Positions 51,101 through 64,000 of a stretch of DNA of 64,000 nucleotides are shown here, piece after piece. The first letter of the stretch is position 1. Each line of letters begins with the position of its first letter. The notes below the pieces were generated by a model. The model saw nothing but the letters and a program-made list of their open reading frames with translations. It ran no database searches and was not told the origin of the DNA. The position numbers and the translations under genes are program-made. The stretch lies in assembly GCF_036321535.1 (NCBI RefSeq), contig NC_087437.1:79920001-79984000 (forward strand), read 5' to 3'. This DNA is from Camelus dromedarius. Taxonomy: Eukaryota.

Positions 51101-54100
51101 TCTTAACAGCCTGTTATCAAGTTTATTAGAAAATCTAAAGGTGAGGGGTTAACCCTTACATACCACATGTCCACTTCAATTTCAGTGGATTTAAAAGCAT
51201 TTATATCCCACTCTTATTTCCATTATTTTTATTGTTGTTTTTATTGAGGATTCTATTAAGAACTTATATATTCATTCACTTGGACAGCTGAAACACTTTA
51301 TATAGATGAGGGTGGGATAAAGCAAAGCTATTTTCTCATTTAAAATGTTGCTATTATGGTGTTCCTTTTTGTTATTATTGCCTGATGTTCTAGGACATCC
51401 AAGCTTATCCTTACTAGTCACTGTACTTGCAATCACCTTCAAAATTATAGAAGTCTCCTCCTTCCCCTTTATTCCTCCCCATTACCCTTATTTTGTCACA
51501 AATTATCACAGTAATTCTAAATATTATAACCAAAGAACCCAGAGCCTCAAGAGCTTTTAGAATATGGCTTACTGAATTCCTAGCTTAACATCTAGGTTAG
51601 TGCGTTCTGTTTAGTTCAGTGTATTCTAAGGAGCAAGGCATTTAACTGAGAATAATTTTAAGATCTGGAATTACCCAATGATGTGTAATGCATGCTGTTT
51701 GGTCTATACCCAGTAGCCCAAAATTATATATTTCCAACCATTTCCAAGAAAAAATACGAGTGGTGTCATGGGCCAAATCAATCCAGGAGATGGCCACTCA
51801 GTAGACAGGTGACATTGATGCCACAACCAAAATATGTAGGACAGTATCTTCCCATCTGAGAGACAGTATTTCAAATGCAATAGAGCTAGAACACTGGGCA
51901 ATAAATCAGAAGACCAAAATGACCATCTCTATAACATCTTTATCTCATTTACTTCCTACCTCATCTGTAATAAGGCACTAACCAGAGCTGTTGGTAGTTG
52001 TTGAAATGGAAAGAGAGATGTAGACTTTTAAGACATAAAAACACTGGATTCAAATTCTAGCTTCATTATCTTATAAGCTGTGTGACCTTGGAAATGTTAT
52101 TTACTTTCTAAGTCTTATATATTTCAAAGGAAAATGGAAGTAACAACTCCAACCTCACAGGATTGTAGCAAGGATTTAATGAAATCATTTGCGCTGATTT
52201 AAGAAGAAGAGTGCCTGAAGTGAAGTAGGTTCCTTCCTCCTGGCTCCTTCCCCTCACCTCTCTTTCCCTCTCTCCCTCCCTTCCCTTCTTCCATCCGTCC
52301 TTCCTTTTCTCCAGATGGATCTCAGTTAAGGGTATTTCTCCTCTAAATTGCTGGTTATGGATGTGGATTACAGAGCTTATCTCTGAAAAGTGGAGCCTGG
52401 GGAGGAGTCTCTTTTCTCTATCCCCCTCTAATTCCGTTTTTCCCCAATTCCTTCGCCTCCACTAATCAAACCACAAGGCTAATAATAGCTGATAGCTGAA
52501 CCGATTGACGCCAAGGAATTGATGTCGAGAATAACTTAAATTGTATCAAAGCATTATTATAACAGCCAAAGAGAAGCCCCTACCTGGACCAGGTAGAGAA
52601 AATAGCATCTCCAAAAGCTTAGCATCAAAGGGCAGGAATGTAAGGGGAACAGGGAGGCATCCAGAGTGGGCAGAGAGTAGATGAGTGGGACTGTGAGGTA
52701 AAAAAGGAGCAGGTGGGGATGAAAGAGACTGAATCAGTAACCTGAGACCAGGAAGAGGAGCGTGTTTTGCTTCCTAAAGTCAAGGTTTCCTCTGCATTCA
52801 CCAGATCTGCCTTCATCAGTGGTCCCCAGCAACAGCATCAATTATATTTAATACACAAATCTCTGGTCCCACTCAGAGATGAATTTAGTTGCAATAGTTC
52901 CAAAAGGATGACATCATAGGCAGTAGACCTAGCTACAAAGCAGCCCACCTCATGAGGAACTTCCTGTAGAAGATATCTTATTATACAGAGGAAGCTATTT
53001 CCATCTAAATAAACAAACATCTGAAAATTCATCATCTATCCCATCTCAGCACTACGATGACTGAATTATTCTATTAGAACAAATTGTGAAATTAATTATA
53101 TCCTAACTTCTATTTTCATTTTTCTGAGAAAGATAAAGCAAAAGACATGCAATCTGATTAGAATGAAGGGAGTTTTATTTTGTGCTTAATTGTTGGAAAC
53201 TCCTGCTGAGATGGAACTAAAACTTGATTCTATGCAGAGAAAGGCAGCCTTAATACAATGATGGTACAAACTCCACCACCCAGACTTAGCTTATATTTCC
53301 GGCCACTTCTCCATGTGATTCTCCTTCCTGGCCGACACTCACACCTACGGCCCCCTGAACTCACCCAGGGCACTGCTCAGGGATAACCAAACCTACATAA
53401 CCATCCCTTACACTCAAGCCTTTGTATATGCTACTGTCTCTGCTAGAATACCTTGTCTACCGTGGACACCTGGCCAAGGATCAACTGTCAATTCTGTTTG
53501 ATTTGTTCCTATAGTGTTTTGTCAAGGTTCTACATGAACAAGATAAATGTAAAATAACTGGTTGGATGTCCTGGGTCACAAGTTGGAGAAAGATACTAAT
53601 TGGAAGTATAGTGGGATTGGAGCTAACATGGAAATCAGTGACACTCTCATGTTTATGAAGTCTAAATGTGGAACCTAAAAGTTCTGGGGGCATCTACCAT
53701 ATATATTCTTGGATGCCAGTACTCTAATGCTTGAGGAAGTCTCCTGGCTCCACCTTCTACCTTTTCAGCTTAAAACTGGACTTAGTTACTGACTTCATAA
53801 CTGCATCTCCACTTTGCCTTTTCCACATACAAGGCTGGTCCTTAAGATCAGGTGTCACTGGTCATCTCTTCATCAAGTTCAAGGCCACTGTTTTACTAGA
53901 TCAAGAAATCTAAGCCCAGAAATCTTCAGTGACTTGCTCAAAGCCACATGATCAAATAAGCACCAAATCAGGACTATGTGGTTGACCTCCTGACCCCCAG
54001 ATCCCCCAGATCAATATATCTTTCTCCCCTAGAATTTTAAAAATTATGTTCAGTGAAACGCTAGCTTCTTGGGGGTATTAACAGGCAGTGCTTAACGCAA

Positions 54101-54807
54101 TAGTTCTGTGATCAAGCACACTTGAAAAATTCTGAATTAAACAGAGTTAAGCAGATTTATTTACTGGGAAGCCTTTAGTATGCTAATGTGTACTGATTAA
54201 CTAAATACAGCAGCGTCCAGTTTGCCCTCTTTCTCTAGCCCCTATGTCACCAAATTCTACTCGTCTGAAAATAATGGTTAGCAATAAAGAATCACGTAAG
54301 CATTTTATAAAGACAATAGAGTATATTGGTTAGGGCAAAACATTTGAGTTCAAATGCCAAACATTACCATCAGGTATGACTGTTACTAATTAATTTCCCT
54401 CTCTGTGCTTCAGTTTATTTATCTGGCAAACCAAAATAATGATAGTATTACAGGGAGTTTCTGTAAGGGTTACATGTGTTACAGATGTAAAACTCTTAGA
54501 AAAATGTCTGGCTCATAGGAAGTGTTTAAAAGTGCTTAGTTACTATTAGAGGATACAGATATCTACATTGTAATCCAGGTAGCAGATATCCTAATAAACC
54601 CCAATGAATGTTTTTTATCTTCTCCCAAAGGCCGTCTATAGTCTGTCCACCATGGCCTTTTCCCTGATTCTCTCTACACACAGTGCTCAGCCATAGCCCC
54701 TCCTTTCCCCCTCCTTTTTATGCAGAGTTGTTTCACTGCTCTGCGTGAAACTTGGGTGTCAGCCAAGCCATCCTTTTACCTGACTTAATTCCTTCACAGC
54801 TTCTTTT

Positions 54808-54909
54808 TTTCCAATTTAAAAAAAAAAATTTACAGTGGTACTGGGGATTGAACCCAGGACCTCGTGCATGCTAAGCAAGGGCCCTACCATTGAGCTATTA
54901 CCCTCCCCC
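54808..54909 (-). mobile_element. tRNA-derived SINE (vic-1-like) with a 13-bp TSD
   Basis: Reverse complement of the same body. CACAGCTTCTTTT occurs at 54795-54807 and 54910-54922. Confidence 0.9.
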
Positions 54910-57215
54910 CACAGCTTCTTTTAAGGAAAGCAGGACCTCCTCCCCCCCTAGCCCCACACAATAGAATTCTCCTACCAACTATTAAGAAGAGAATTTTCCT
55001 CTCTGCATACATGAGAAGTCTTTTCTAGTTCAACATCCTTAAAGGACCAGTCTTTGGGAAGGAGTTCCTTGCATGCTTCTTACTTAAAATCTGTAATTTT
55101 ACATTCATATTTCTAGCTTGTTACTCTTTGAGACTGTTAGCTTGTTATAATACAGTTTAGACTGCTATGGCAAAGATTAAAAAATATATAAGCTTAAGTA
55201 AAATAGACATTGGCTTCACTCTCATCAACAAGTCTACATAGGCACTCCAGGGTTCCTAGGGCCCAAGAGCAGTGCTGGGAAGCCAGGCTGCTTTTATCTT
55301 GTTGCTCTGCTCCTCTTGAAACTTAGGTTTCATCTCTTGGCCCATAATAGCTGCTTTAGTCCTGCCATCATATCTACATCCCAGTCAGGAGAAAAGGAGA
55401 AGGAGGTAAGGGAGGAGGGCACATGTGTGCTTCATAAGGAGATGACCCAGATGCTAGACATATCACAAGTCCAAAAGCCACATTTATTTCAGGAGGAAAC
55501 CAGACATATTTAGCTATGTAGTTATGTGCCAGCCAAATTTTTCTTAAGGAAAAAATAAAACTGGCTATTAAAAGACAAATGGCAGACTCTGTTATGTCTG
55601 AAGTAAAATTGATGGTTCTATGACTGACAGCCCCAATGTTAAAGGCTCCCAAAACAAAAATGCCCCCTCCCCTACTTTCTACCCTAATCTCTTGGTTCCT
55701 TCAGTCAAAATATTCTGAATGGTCCTTAAAGTAAAGAGTAGATACTATTTGGAGGGCTGAAATGAGGATAGTTTTCTATAAGGAAGGAACAAAGTATAGA
55801 AAAAAGAATGGGGGTGCATTCTCAAGGCTTTTTAAGCACTTGAATTTAATCAATTTTATAATCATTAACATTTAATAATTTTTTAAATGTAATCACTTGG
55901 AGTTTTAAAAAGTGGATGGTTTCCTGGTCTCAGACTATATGCCCCCTCTCTCTGCTCTATTTATTTGGCTAAAGTATTTGATCTATTGTGAGTGGCTAGA
56001 TGAAATTAGTTTCTATTCTTGGTTTCTACCATTTCTTAATCAATGTATTTTTGTTGTTAATATAATAGCTAATATTTTTTAGCACTTCACCTTAGTTTAA
56101 TCATCCAAAAAATCCAGTATTATATATACTATCGTTGTCCCCATTTCACAGAGGGAAAAATTGAGATTAGCAAGAAGTATATATATAGCCAGGATGCCAC
56201 TCCTGGTAACCAATCATCTGTAGACACCAAACCTTAAAACCCTGTGTAATATTTTATCAAGCTAACGATCTCCTTATAAAAACAAAATCAGGGGGAGTGA
56301 TCAAGTATTCAGTGCAAACAACCACTGCAGGAGAAACAAGAGATTTTTAAAATAACAGAAAAACTAAAGATGTGGCTTTAACAACTAAAACGTTGGGTTC
56401 TCTGTTTAGTGTTTGTAATTCCGTAATTTCAATGCTTCCTCACAAAGAAATATCATGATTAGACCACTTCTTTTACTAGGCAGAAATGAAAGCAGAAAAC
56501 GCAAAACGTTTTCACTAATGAACAACTCAGAGTTAAAATTATTTACAGTAGGCAAGTGATAATATGCGTGTTTTTAACCAATCATTTTTCAAGGGTAGAT
56601 AACAGAGATGGAGAGAAATTCCTGACACAGTTTCATGTCTCAAGTATGTGCTGTTGACTTCTCCGTTACATGAGCCTGGATGAGCAGGAGAATGTGAGCA
56701 GGGGCTGAAAACTGAGAACTCGAGATGCTGGGGCAGGTCGTACACTTGCACTCTTGCGCTAGCAGATGTTTAGAAAGGTGCCCGCGGGGACTGCTAACCA
56801 GAGGAGCAGTGTTCAGCATCAGGCTGAGGCGGCCATTAGCTGTGGGTGTATTTCTATGCTGACTTACTAGGTGGCGACATAATCTTAAAAATCAGCATCC
56901 ACAGTCTGGTGCAAAAGCCTCAGCTCTCCGGTTTTTGCGCTAACACATTTTTCATTTCCAATGTTACTTTTCTCTCGCTTCAGTTTTGCTGCCTTTCACA
57001 ACTGAAATTTTGTGTCATCTGCCCCATTCTTATAACAGGAAAACTATTAAGCCATACGAGCTGGCTTGAGGAAGAGGGGTTCAAAATCCCTCTGGATCTT
57101 GAAAGACTTAAGCCTTTTGGTTCCTGGTTCCTGAGGGCTGACCAATACTGATATCTATTCCTTATATGTCTGTATATCTGGAATTATCTTTTTGGCTGAA
57201 AATTAAAGAAGCAAA

Positions 57216-57332
<117 letters not shown>

Positions 57333-60067
57333 TTCTCAACATAACACTCAAGAGATAGCCTTCCTTAGGGCCAATACAAGGAATAATCTCCTCTCGAACA
57401 TTTTTTAAACCCAAATTTCCCCATCCCTACTTCCTCCATTTATCCCATCATCACACATTATACCTCTAGCCCCAACATGCATAGCAATTCTGGAGGAAGT
57501 TAGAAAATTGTGAGTAAGTGAATGTCAGTGACTGTGCTTCATACGCTGTGAATTCCATAAAAATACTAGTTACTCTTATTTTCCAATATCCAGAACCAAA
57601 GTAGGAAACACCTCATCTGGGAATTGGAGACATTGAGAAGCCTCTATTTTTCCTTGTTACCTTCAGTTATCCTGAGAATTCCACTGGTGAGAGGTGATGA
57701 CCCAGAAAAGTCTCACTGCAAGTTTGTGTAACTGATCCACTCATATTAGAGCACCCACTACATGGTCAGCCCTGAGCTGGACACTGACCGAGTGACAGCT
57801 GCTAAGGACAATTAGCCATGGTTTCTAGCCTCAAGAAGCACATCTGTTGGTAAAGCACAAAGGAAAGTGCTTAGTGAAAAGTGGCTCTGACACAGTATGT
57901 CTACCAACAGAGCTCAGAGAAAGGAGAAAGCGGAGCAGGTGGGAGTGAGTTGAAAGAACAATGGTAGAGAATTAAAATGGGGACAAGGCTTGTCCCAAGG
58001 GCAGAATGGAGGTTACTGAGCATTTGAGAAATACAGTCCCACCTTCTTGTGAGAAGAACAGGAAATGTCACAGCACAAAGATGAGAACGAATTGCAAATG
58101 TTCAAAATGCCCAACGTGTGGAATGCAAAGGAGAAGTGATTCAAGATGGGCCTGGTCAAGAAGGTCAAGGAGAAGTCATGAGAGAGCTCCGGGAAGGGGA
58201 GAGAGTGGAAGGCTGATGAGAGAGAGGGACAGGACCCAGAGGCTGGGTCTCCCCCTTTGTTTGGGGGGAGACAAAGGAAGCAGAAACAGTGAAAGTAAGG
58301 AAGAGGAGTAAGGTCACAAGACAGACGTGATGGGGACAGTGCTGAGCGAAGGTGAGAGAATTAGAGCTGGAAGCCGAAAGGAAGAGAGTTTCACAAGAAG
58401 GAAGAAACACACCACAGTATTAGTAGTTAAAGTTATTTTTAAAATATCTGTCACTTATTAATATGCAAGTATCCTATGGCCTATTAACTATTAACTGATC
58501 TTAAAAGATGTCCCCAAGGAACTCTGCCCTGTGGTATTCATGACCTTGTGTGGTCCTTCCCACATTAAACCTGAGCTGCCTGGTGACTTCCATTAACCCA
58601 CAGATGCAGCAGAAGTGACCTTTTGAGCATTCTGTACCTGGACTTGAAGAGGACTCACAACTTCTGCTCCTTGCTCACTTTTGGTAGCTCTGAGCTGCCA
58701 CCTAAGAAGTCAGCTCCCCTGGTCCAGCTCCCACAAGAGGAGACAATGATGTGAATGTCATCTGATCGCATCTTTCTGAGAAACCTCAAGAGAGACCAGC
58801 AGAAAAATGGCCAGCTTAACACAGTAAACACACAGAAATATGAGAGAAGACCAAATGATTGTTGTATTAAGGCACTAAGTTTTAGAGTGAAGCTGCCCCT
58901 GTGAAACATGGCATCTTAGTCTTTATCAGCCATCACCACTTAGCACCTGTGAGGGTAAACGCCCTGGGTAAGCGACTGCTGCCTGGAGAAGAGCCTGCCC
59001 GTCGCAGGTGCAGGAAGCCAAGCAGGCTCCAGCCTCTCAGAGAGGCTTCTCTGGGAACCGAAGGACCACACGGTGGCTCTCAACAGCCTGGCAAAGAGAG
59101 GAGGATGTGGCCCAAAGTAGGAGCTAACAACGCACTCTAAGAAAACAGAGTTTTCTTCATTGAAACAAACCCTCAAACCCCCAGGCTTTTCCATGGGGGA
59201 AAATAGCCAAGCCAGCAGGCTGGCCAGTCTCCCCGGGAGTCTCTTCTTCCCCCCTGCGAGTCTCTCATTTCATTACTGCTCCACCATCTCACTAGCCCCA
59301 GAGGTGTGGGGTGCCCTTCTTCTGCTCTGTCCCAAGTACAGTCAAAATCTCTTCTGTCTTCTTCTAAGAATAGTTGAGGGAGGCCAGGACTTTAAAAAAA
59401 GATTTAACTCACTATCAAGGCAGACAAAGGGCAGCAAACAGAAAAACACAAAAATGAACCACTACTCAAAGACTGAGCTATCTACTTGGAGTCCAGAGGG
59501 CTGGCCCCTCCGAAGGCCCCTTTCCAAGTCCCTCCCAGCTTGGCCCTTAGTTTCCTCCATCGCTTTGTTCCACAAACGCTGACTGACATGCAGTGTGCCC
59601 AGCACAGCTGAGAGTGATAGGCTGATAAATAAAAGATACAATTCCTATCCAGAAAGTATTTCCAATGTAGTGGATGATAATTAAATGAACAAGGGACAGA
59701 CAGGAGGAGCACAAATCTCAGGTGGGGTCTGAGTGCTGGTAGAGAGCGAATGCACTTTCCTTGAAGGAGCAATCGAATTCAAGAAAATCCATAGGCGTTA
59801 GCCAGGCTTATATGTGAAACAGCTTTACGGTGTGTGGAAACACCAACTCCAAGTCCAAGGAGACTTGAGAAAATGCAACTGCCAAGGCAAAGCAAACAGT
59901 TCGATGTAACTAGAAAATAATGTAGAGAGTGCCAGGGTAAGAGATGAGACTAAGGAGACAGTCTGCAGCCTCAACAGGACAGATCTGAGGTGTAATTAAC
60001 CCCTCGACGTTATCCAGAAGGCTACAGGTGTGAAAAAATCATCACAAGTGATTGACATAAGAACTGC

Positions 60068-60231
60068 TTTTTTTTTTTTTAAATATTGATTTTACTTCAT
60101 TTATTTATTTTTTTGGAAAGGGAGGTAATTAGGTTTTTATTTATTTATTTATATGGAGTTACTGGGGATTGAACCCAGGACCTCGTGCATGCTAAGCATG
60201 CGCTACACCACTGACCTATATCCTCTCCTCC
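60068..60231 (-). mobile_element. tRNA-derived SINE (vic-1-like)
   Basis: GGGGATTGAACCCAGGACCTCGTGCATGCTAAGC with a poly-T tail. TSD AGAACTGC at 60060-60067 and 60232-60239. Confidence 0.88.
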
Positions 60232-62584
60232 AGAACTGCATTTTAGAGACTACTTCAGTCATTTTGGAAAAGTTTGTAGGGAAATAAGGCCTCCACATGA
60301 AGTAAACATAGACATATACAAGCACACATAATTTTTCATTTTACACATACATATGATATATTTATAATCAAGACCAAGACAGACAGATTCAAACTCTGTA
60401 GCTCACCTGTGTAGACCCTTTGAGTTTTTGTCCTCATTTTAAAAGATGTAGATTCTCCAGTAGACTCATACCCAGAGTGATCACACCTTCAAGTAAAGCC
60501 CTACTCACAGATATTGGCAATTCTCTCCTGGTCATTGGTGCACAACTAAATGTTAATACAGCACAATAGCCACACCTCTCCATATTTTTTTCTCTCAGAG
60601 AGACCAAAGACAAGCATTGCTATATTCACAATTGTCCCGCGGGCTGTCCCAGGGCTCAGTTATTACACAGCTGCGTGCAAAATAAAAACAACCTCATAGC
60701 ATTAGTGTGGAATGCCACAAGCCTACACAGGATTTTGTAAAACGCTTCCCAGATTATCAAGTGTTTTCATCATCAATCTTTAACTTATGGTTGCAGGTGT
60801 CAAAAGTAAGAGAGTGGACACGTGTGGTCGGGCAAATCAAAAACTGGACAAGCAGATTGCTCACCCTTGTCCTTCTAGTCCAATCTCTGGCCACTAACTA
60901 ACTTCAGAGAACTGGAACCGTCAATCTTTCTGAGCTGGTCCACACAATGCCCCATCCATACAGACCGACCCGTTAGTGCTCTGCTGGCCCACAGTTCCGG
61001 AAGCAGAAGCAAAAGTGGAAACTAGATCTTTTCTTTCCTTTTCCAGGACTGTTCCCATGGAGTGTCTAGCTTCCTGGTGGTGACCTGGAGATGTCAGTGA
61101 CACAAGGGGGCAGAGTAGGATCAAGTGGGCACATCCCAAAAGGGTTCTGCCCCGACAGTAAGTACCTTCAAGTAACCTATTACATATAAACACGTATCTA
61201 TCTGCAGACATCATCATTATTTAGCTCATTTACTTGAAATGACATGCCAGATATAATTTTAGTTAGGAACATCCCTGTCACTTAAGAAGACAGGAGTTGA
61301 CATAGGAGTCTTATTTTGGAGATATTTCCTTCCTGGGACATCTGTCGTCTCATGAACCATTCCTCTTCCATCTCCTCCTTGCCTTAAGTGAGACTAACAG
61401 ACACTTCCGTGGATCATGTTCATTTTTGTCTTGTGTGAAGAATAAAATGGGGGCGAGGAACATAATGGGAGCTTGGAAAATTTAAATATTTATACCCGGA
61501 GGAGAATTAACTCAATTCGATATGGTAATGTTTTAAATGAAATGCTAATAAGAAAATGACAGTGTAATCTCACCCTCTTTGTTGACAATCATTTGACAAA
61601 GCTCAAAGTCGGCTCTGTGATTTAATAGGAAGGGCCAAATTTGCAAGGGCAGTTTTTCTTTCGTGGGTGCTTAATTTGGGACCACAAGAAAGGATGCCCG
61701 GTGAAAGAAAATACTGTATTACCGTTGAAATATGGCTGCACTGACTAATTGCAGCTCTGCTGTGGGCTGGCAGAGCCTTGATGAGGCACTGTTTGTAAGA
61801 GGAGAGAAGGGCCTGTGGGGAATCTGGAGGCAGAAGGACTCACCGACTTCCGTGCCAGCCTCAAGATTTGTGAGGTCAGGGGCTTGGAGTCAAATATGAG
61901 GCTGCTTGACAGCAAAGCTGTTTAAAGCTGACCCTGCTCACCTTGGAGGAGAACCAGGGAACTGACTGCGCTCCACAGCTGCCAGCCACGAGGACGAGGG
62001 GCGTCAGGCTGGTCTGGGCAGTGCCCACCGGGGAGAGCCTTGCAAATAATAACAAAAGATCCACCTACTTCAGCACCGCAGTACCTTCCGTGTTTCTTTC
62101 ACTGAGGACCATGATACTTGAATAAACTTGCTGTTTTTTTCCAACATAACTAACCTATTGCTAGTCATTCTATTTGAGAGGAAGCCTCTCCTTTGGCAGA
62201 GCAGCTTAGAGAGAGGGTGAGTGTAGCCAGTCACGGCTCCTGTCTGAGGCCTTTGCTCTGTCCACAGGGTGGCCTAGGGTAGAACAGAACATCAAGAAGG
62301 GAGAGAGAGGAATTTTTCAAAGGCCTCTGACAAATGGGGAGATGAAAGAAAACAAATACATTCTGTTCGCTTCCCAGGGATAATGAGACAAACGTTTCTG
62401 AGGGAGCCAAGAAATGTCATATAAATTATAAATTTAAGAGCTAGATTGTACCTTGGCGCTACAATGGACCTTATATTATTGAATTCTTTCACTCCACAAA
62501 TAAGGAAAACTGGGGTTCAGAAAGCTGTGTTGATTTTCCCAAGGTCCCAAAGTGAATTAGTCAGCGAGAGAGAGAGTTGACAAA

Positions 62585-62778
62585 GTGGAGGTTAGGGATA
62601 CCGACCTGCCACAAAGTCAGAAATTCTTACAGTCAGCCTTCCCTGCATCACACTTCCACTTCTGTGCATTCAACCAACTGCAGCTCATGCAGTACTGTAA
62701 TACGTATTTATTGAAAAAAAAAAAATCCATGTATAAGTACACCCGAGCAGTTTAAACCTTTGTTGTTCAAGGGTCAAC

Positions 62779-62780
<2 letters not shown>
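62585..62780. mobile_element. Tigger-family MITE (Tigger3/MER8-like)
   Basis: Terminal TTGTTCAAGGGTCAACTG followed by TA. Confidence 0.65.
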
Positions 62781-62816
<36 letters not shown>

Positions 62817-62896
62817 TATACATATGTGTGTGTGTATACATATATATGCACACATATATACATACATACATGGGGGAATATTTATTATAAGAACTT

Positions 62897-63250
62897 AGGG
62901 GGAGGACTACCAGGATGGTGGAGTAGAAGGACACGGTGCTCACCCTCTCCCATGAATACAAAAAAAAACTACATCTACATATGGAACAATTCACACAAAA
63001 CACCTACTGAACTTTGGTAGAGTATCTCTTACTTTTGTAATTACAAAGAAAGTCCTCACCAAATCGGATAAACAGTAAGTTTATACCATACAGCACAGGG
63101 AACTATATTCAATATCTTGTAGTACCTAATAGTGAAAAAGAACATGAAATGAATATATGTATGTTCATGTATAACTGAAACATTATGCTGTACACCAGAA
63201 ATTGACACAACATTGTAAACTGACTATACTTCAATTGAAAAAAAAAAAAA
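62897..63250 (+). mobile_element. Short L1 made of the 5' end joined directly to the 3'UTR end, inserted in an MLT2 LTR
   Basis: L1 5' start GGGGGAGGACTACCAGGATGGTGGAGTAG, L1 3' end CAGCACAGGGAACTATATTC...poly-A, and TSD AAGAACTT at 62889-62896 and 63251-63258. Confidence 0.8.
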
Positions 63251-63680
63251 AAGAACTTGGCTTACATGATCATGGAGACTGAGAGGTCCCAAGATCTGCA
63301 GTCAGCTGGAGACCCAGAAGAGCAAATGTTTCTATTTCCAGTCGGAATGCTGGCAGGCTCGAGACCTAGGAAGAGCCATTGTTTCCACTGAAGTCTGAAG
63401 GTAAGGAAAAAACCGTGCCCTAGCTCCTGTTCAGGCTGGAGGAGGAATTCTCCTTCTAGTTGAGGTATGGCCAGCTTTTCGTTCTCTTCAGGCCTTCAAG
63501 TGATTGGATGGGGCCCACCCACACTAGGGAGGACAATCTCCTTGACCCAGTCTACCCATTCAAATGCTAATCTCTTCCAGAAAGATCCATGCCAACAACC
63601 CAAAATAGTAACGTTGGGCCTAAATGTCTGGGCACTCTGTGGCCCAGTCAAGCTGACAGAGAGAGTTAAACATCACATAC
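63251..63680 (-). mobile_element. MLT2-like ERVL LTR (continues from ~62880)
   Basis: ATTTATTATAAGAACTT|GGCTTACATGATCATGGAGACTGAGAGGTCCCAAGATCTGC...GGCCCAGTCAAGCTGACA...CATCACA. Confidence 0.75.
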
Positions 63681-64000
63681 AGCTTGCTGGGGGAGATTCC
63701 AGCCTTGGTCAGCTATCCTGGCTTCTAGACTGGTTCTCCTTGCACTGTGCTGCATTGCCCATTCAAGGCATCTGAATGAGCCTGGGTGATTCATTTTAAT
63801 CATGTTAAGATCCCTTCAGATGAACTATGTGGGACATTCATCTGCTGATTTTTGGATTAGAAAAGTAATTATTAAATTACATTTGAAGCTCTTAGGAGCC
63901 CAGAACAATGAGCTGGAAAGAGGCGTTCCTGCATAGATAATTAGTGCCCTATCTACAGAATTAGACTTGTGATAGAATGTGTCCTCCGCCTGAGTCCCTG

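Noticed and set aside
56863..56878. CTCF-like motif TTACTAGGTGGCGA
   Set aside because: It lacks the conserved 5' CC of the core motif, so it cannot be supported without binding data.

Overview
Mammalian, repeat-rich, gene-poor DNA. It is probably camelid, based on four tRNA-Ala-like vic-1-type SINEs and cetartiodactyl-type L1 3' ends. The dominant feature is a 6.4-kb, two-LTR but decayed endogenous retrovirus on the minus strand (14395-20789). It has ~380-bp LTRs, a 5-bp TSD (GTGAG), a tRNA-Ser(CGA)-type PBS, gag-TAG-pro-pol and a class III (ERV-S-like) pol. It also keeps a gamma-type env ([11 protein letters not shown] plus CX6CC). Points of interest inside the provirus: a frameshift-hidden, catalytically dead dUTPase-like segment between the integrase core and C-terminus; strongly uneven divergence between the two LTRs; an MLV-like amber readthrough junction; and a furin site lost through CpG decay. 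Elsewhere there is a ~355-bp L1 made of only the 5' and 3' ends (a probable spliced L1 retrocopy), a 5'-inverted L1, many MaLR/ERVL/ERV1 solo LTRs, hAT and Tigger remnants, and microsatellites. A few plus-strand exon-like segments could not be assigned to a known gene. No intact protein-coding gene was recognised. Repeat family names come from recalled consensus sequences, not from a database search.
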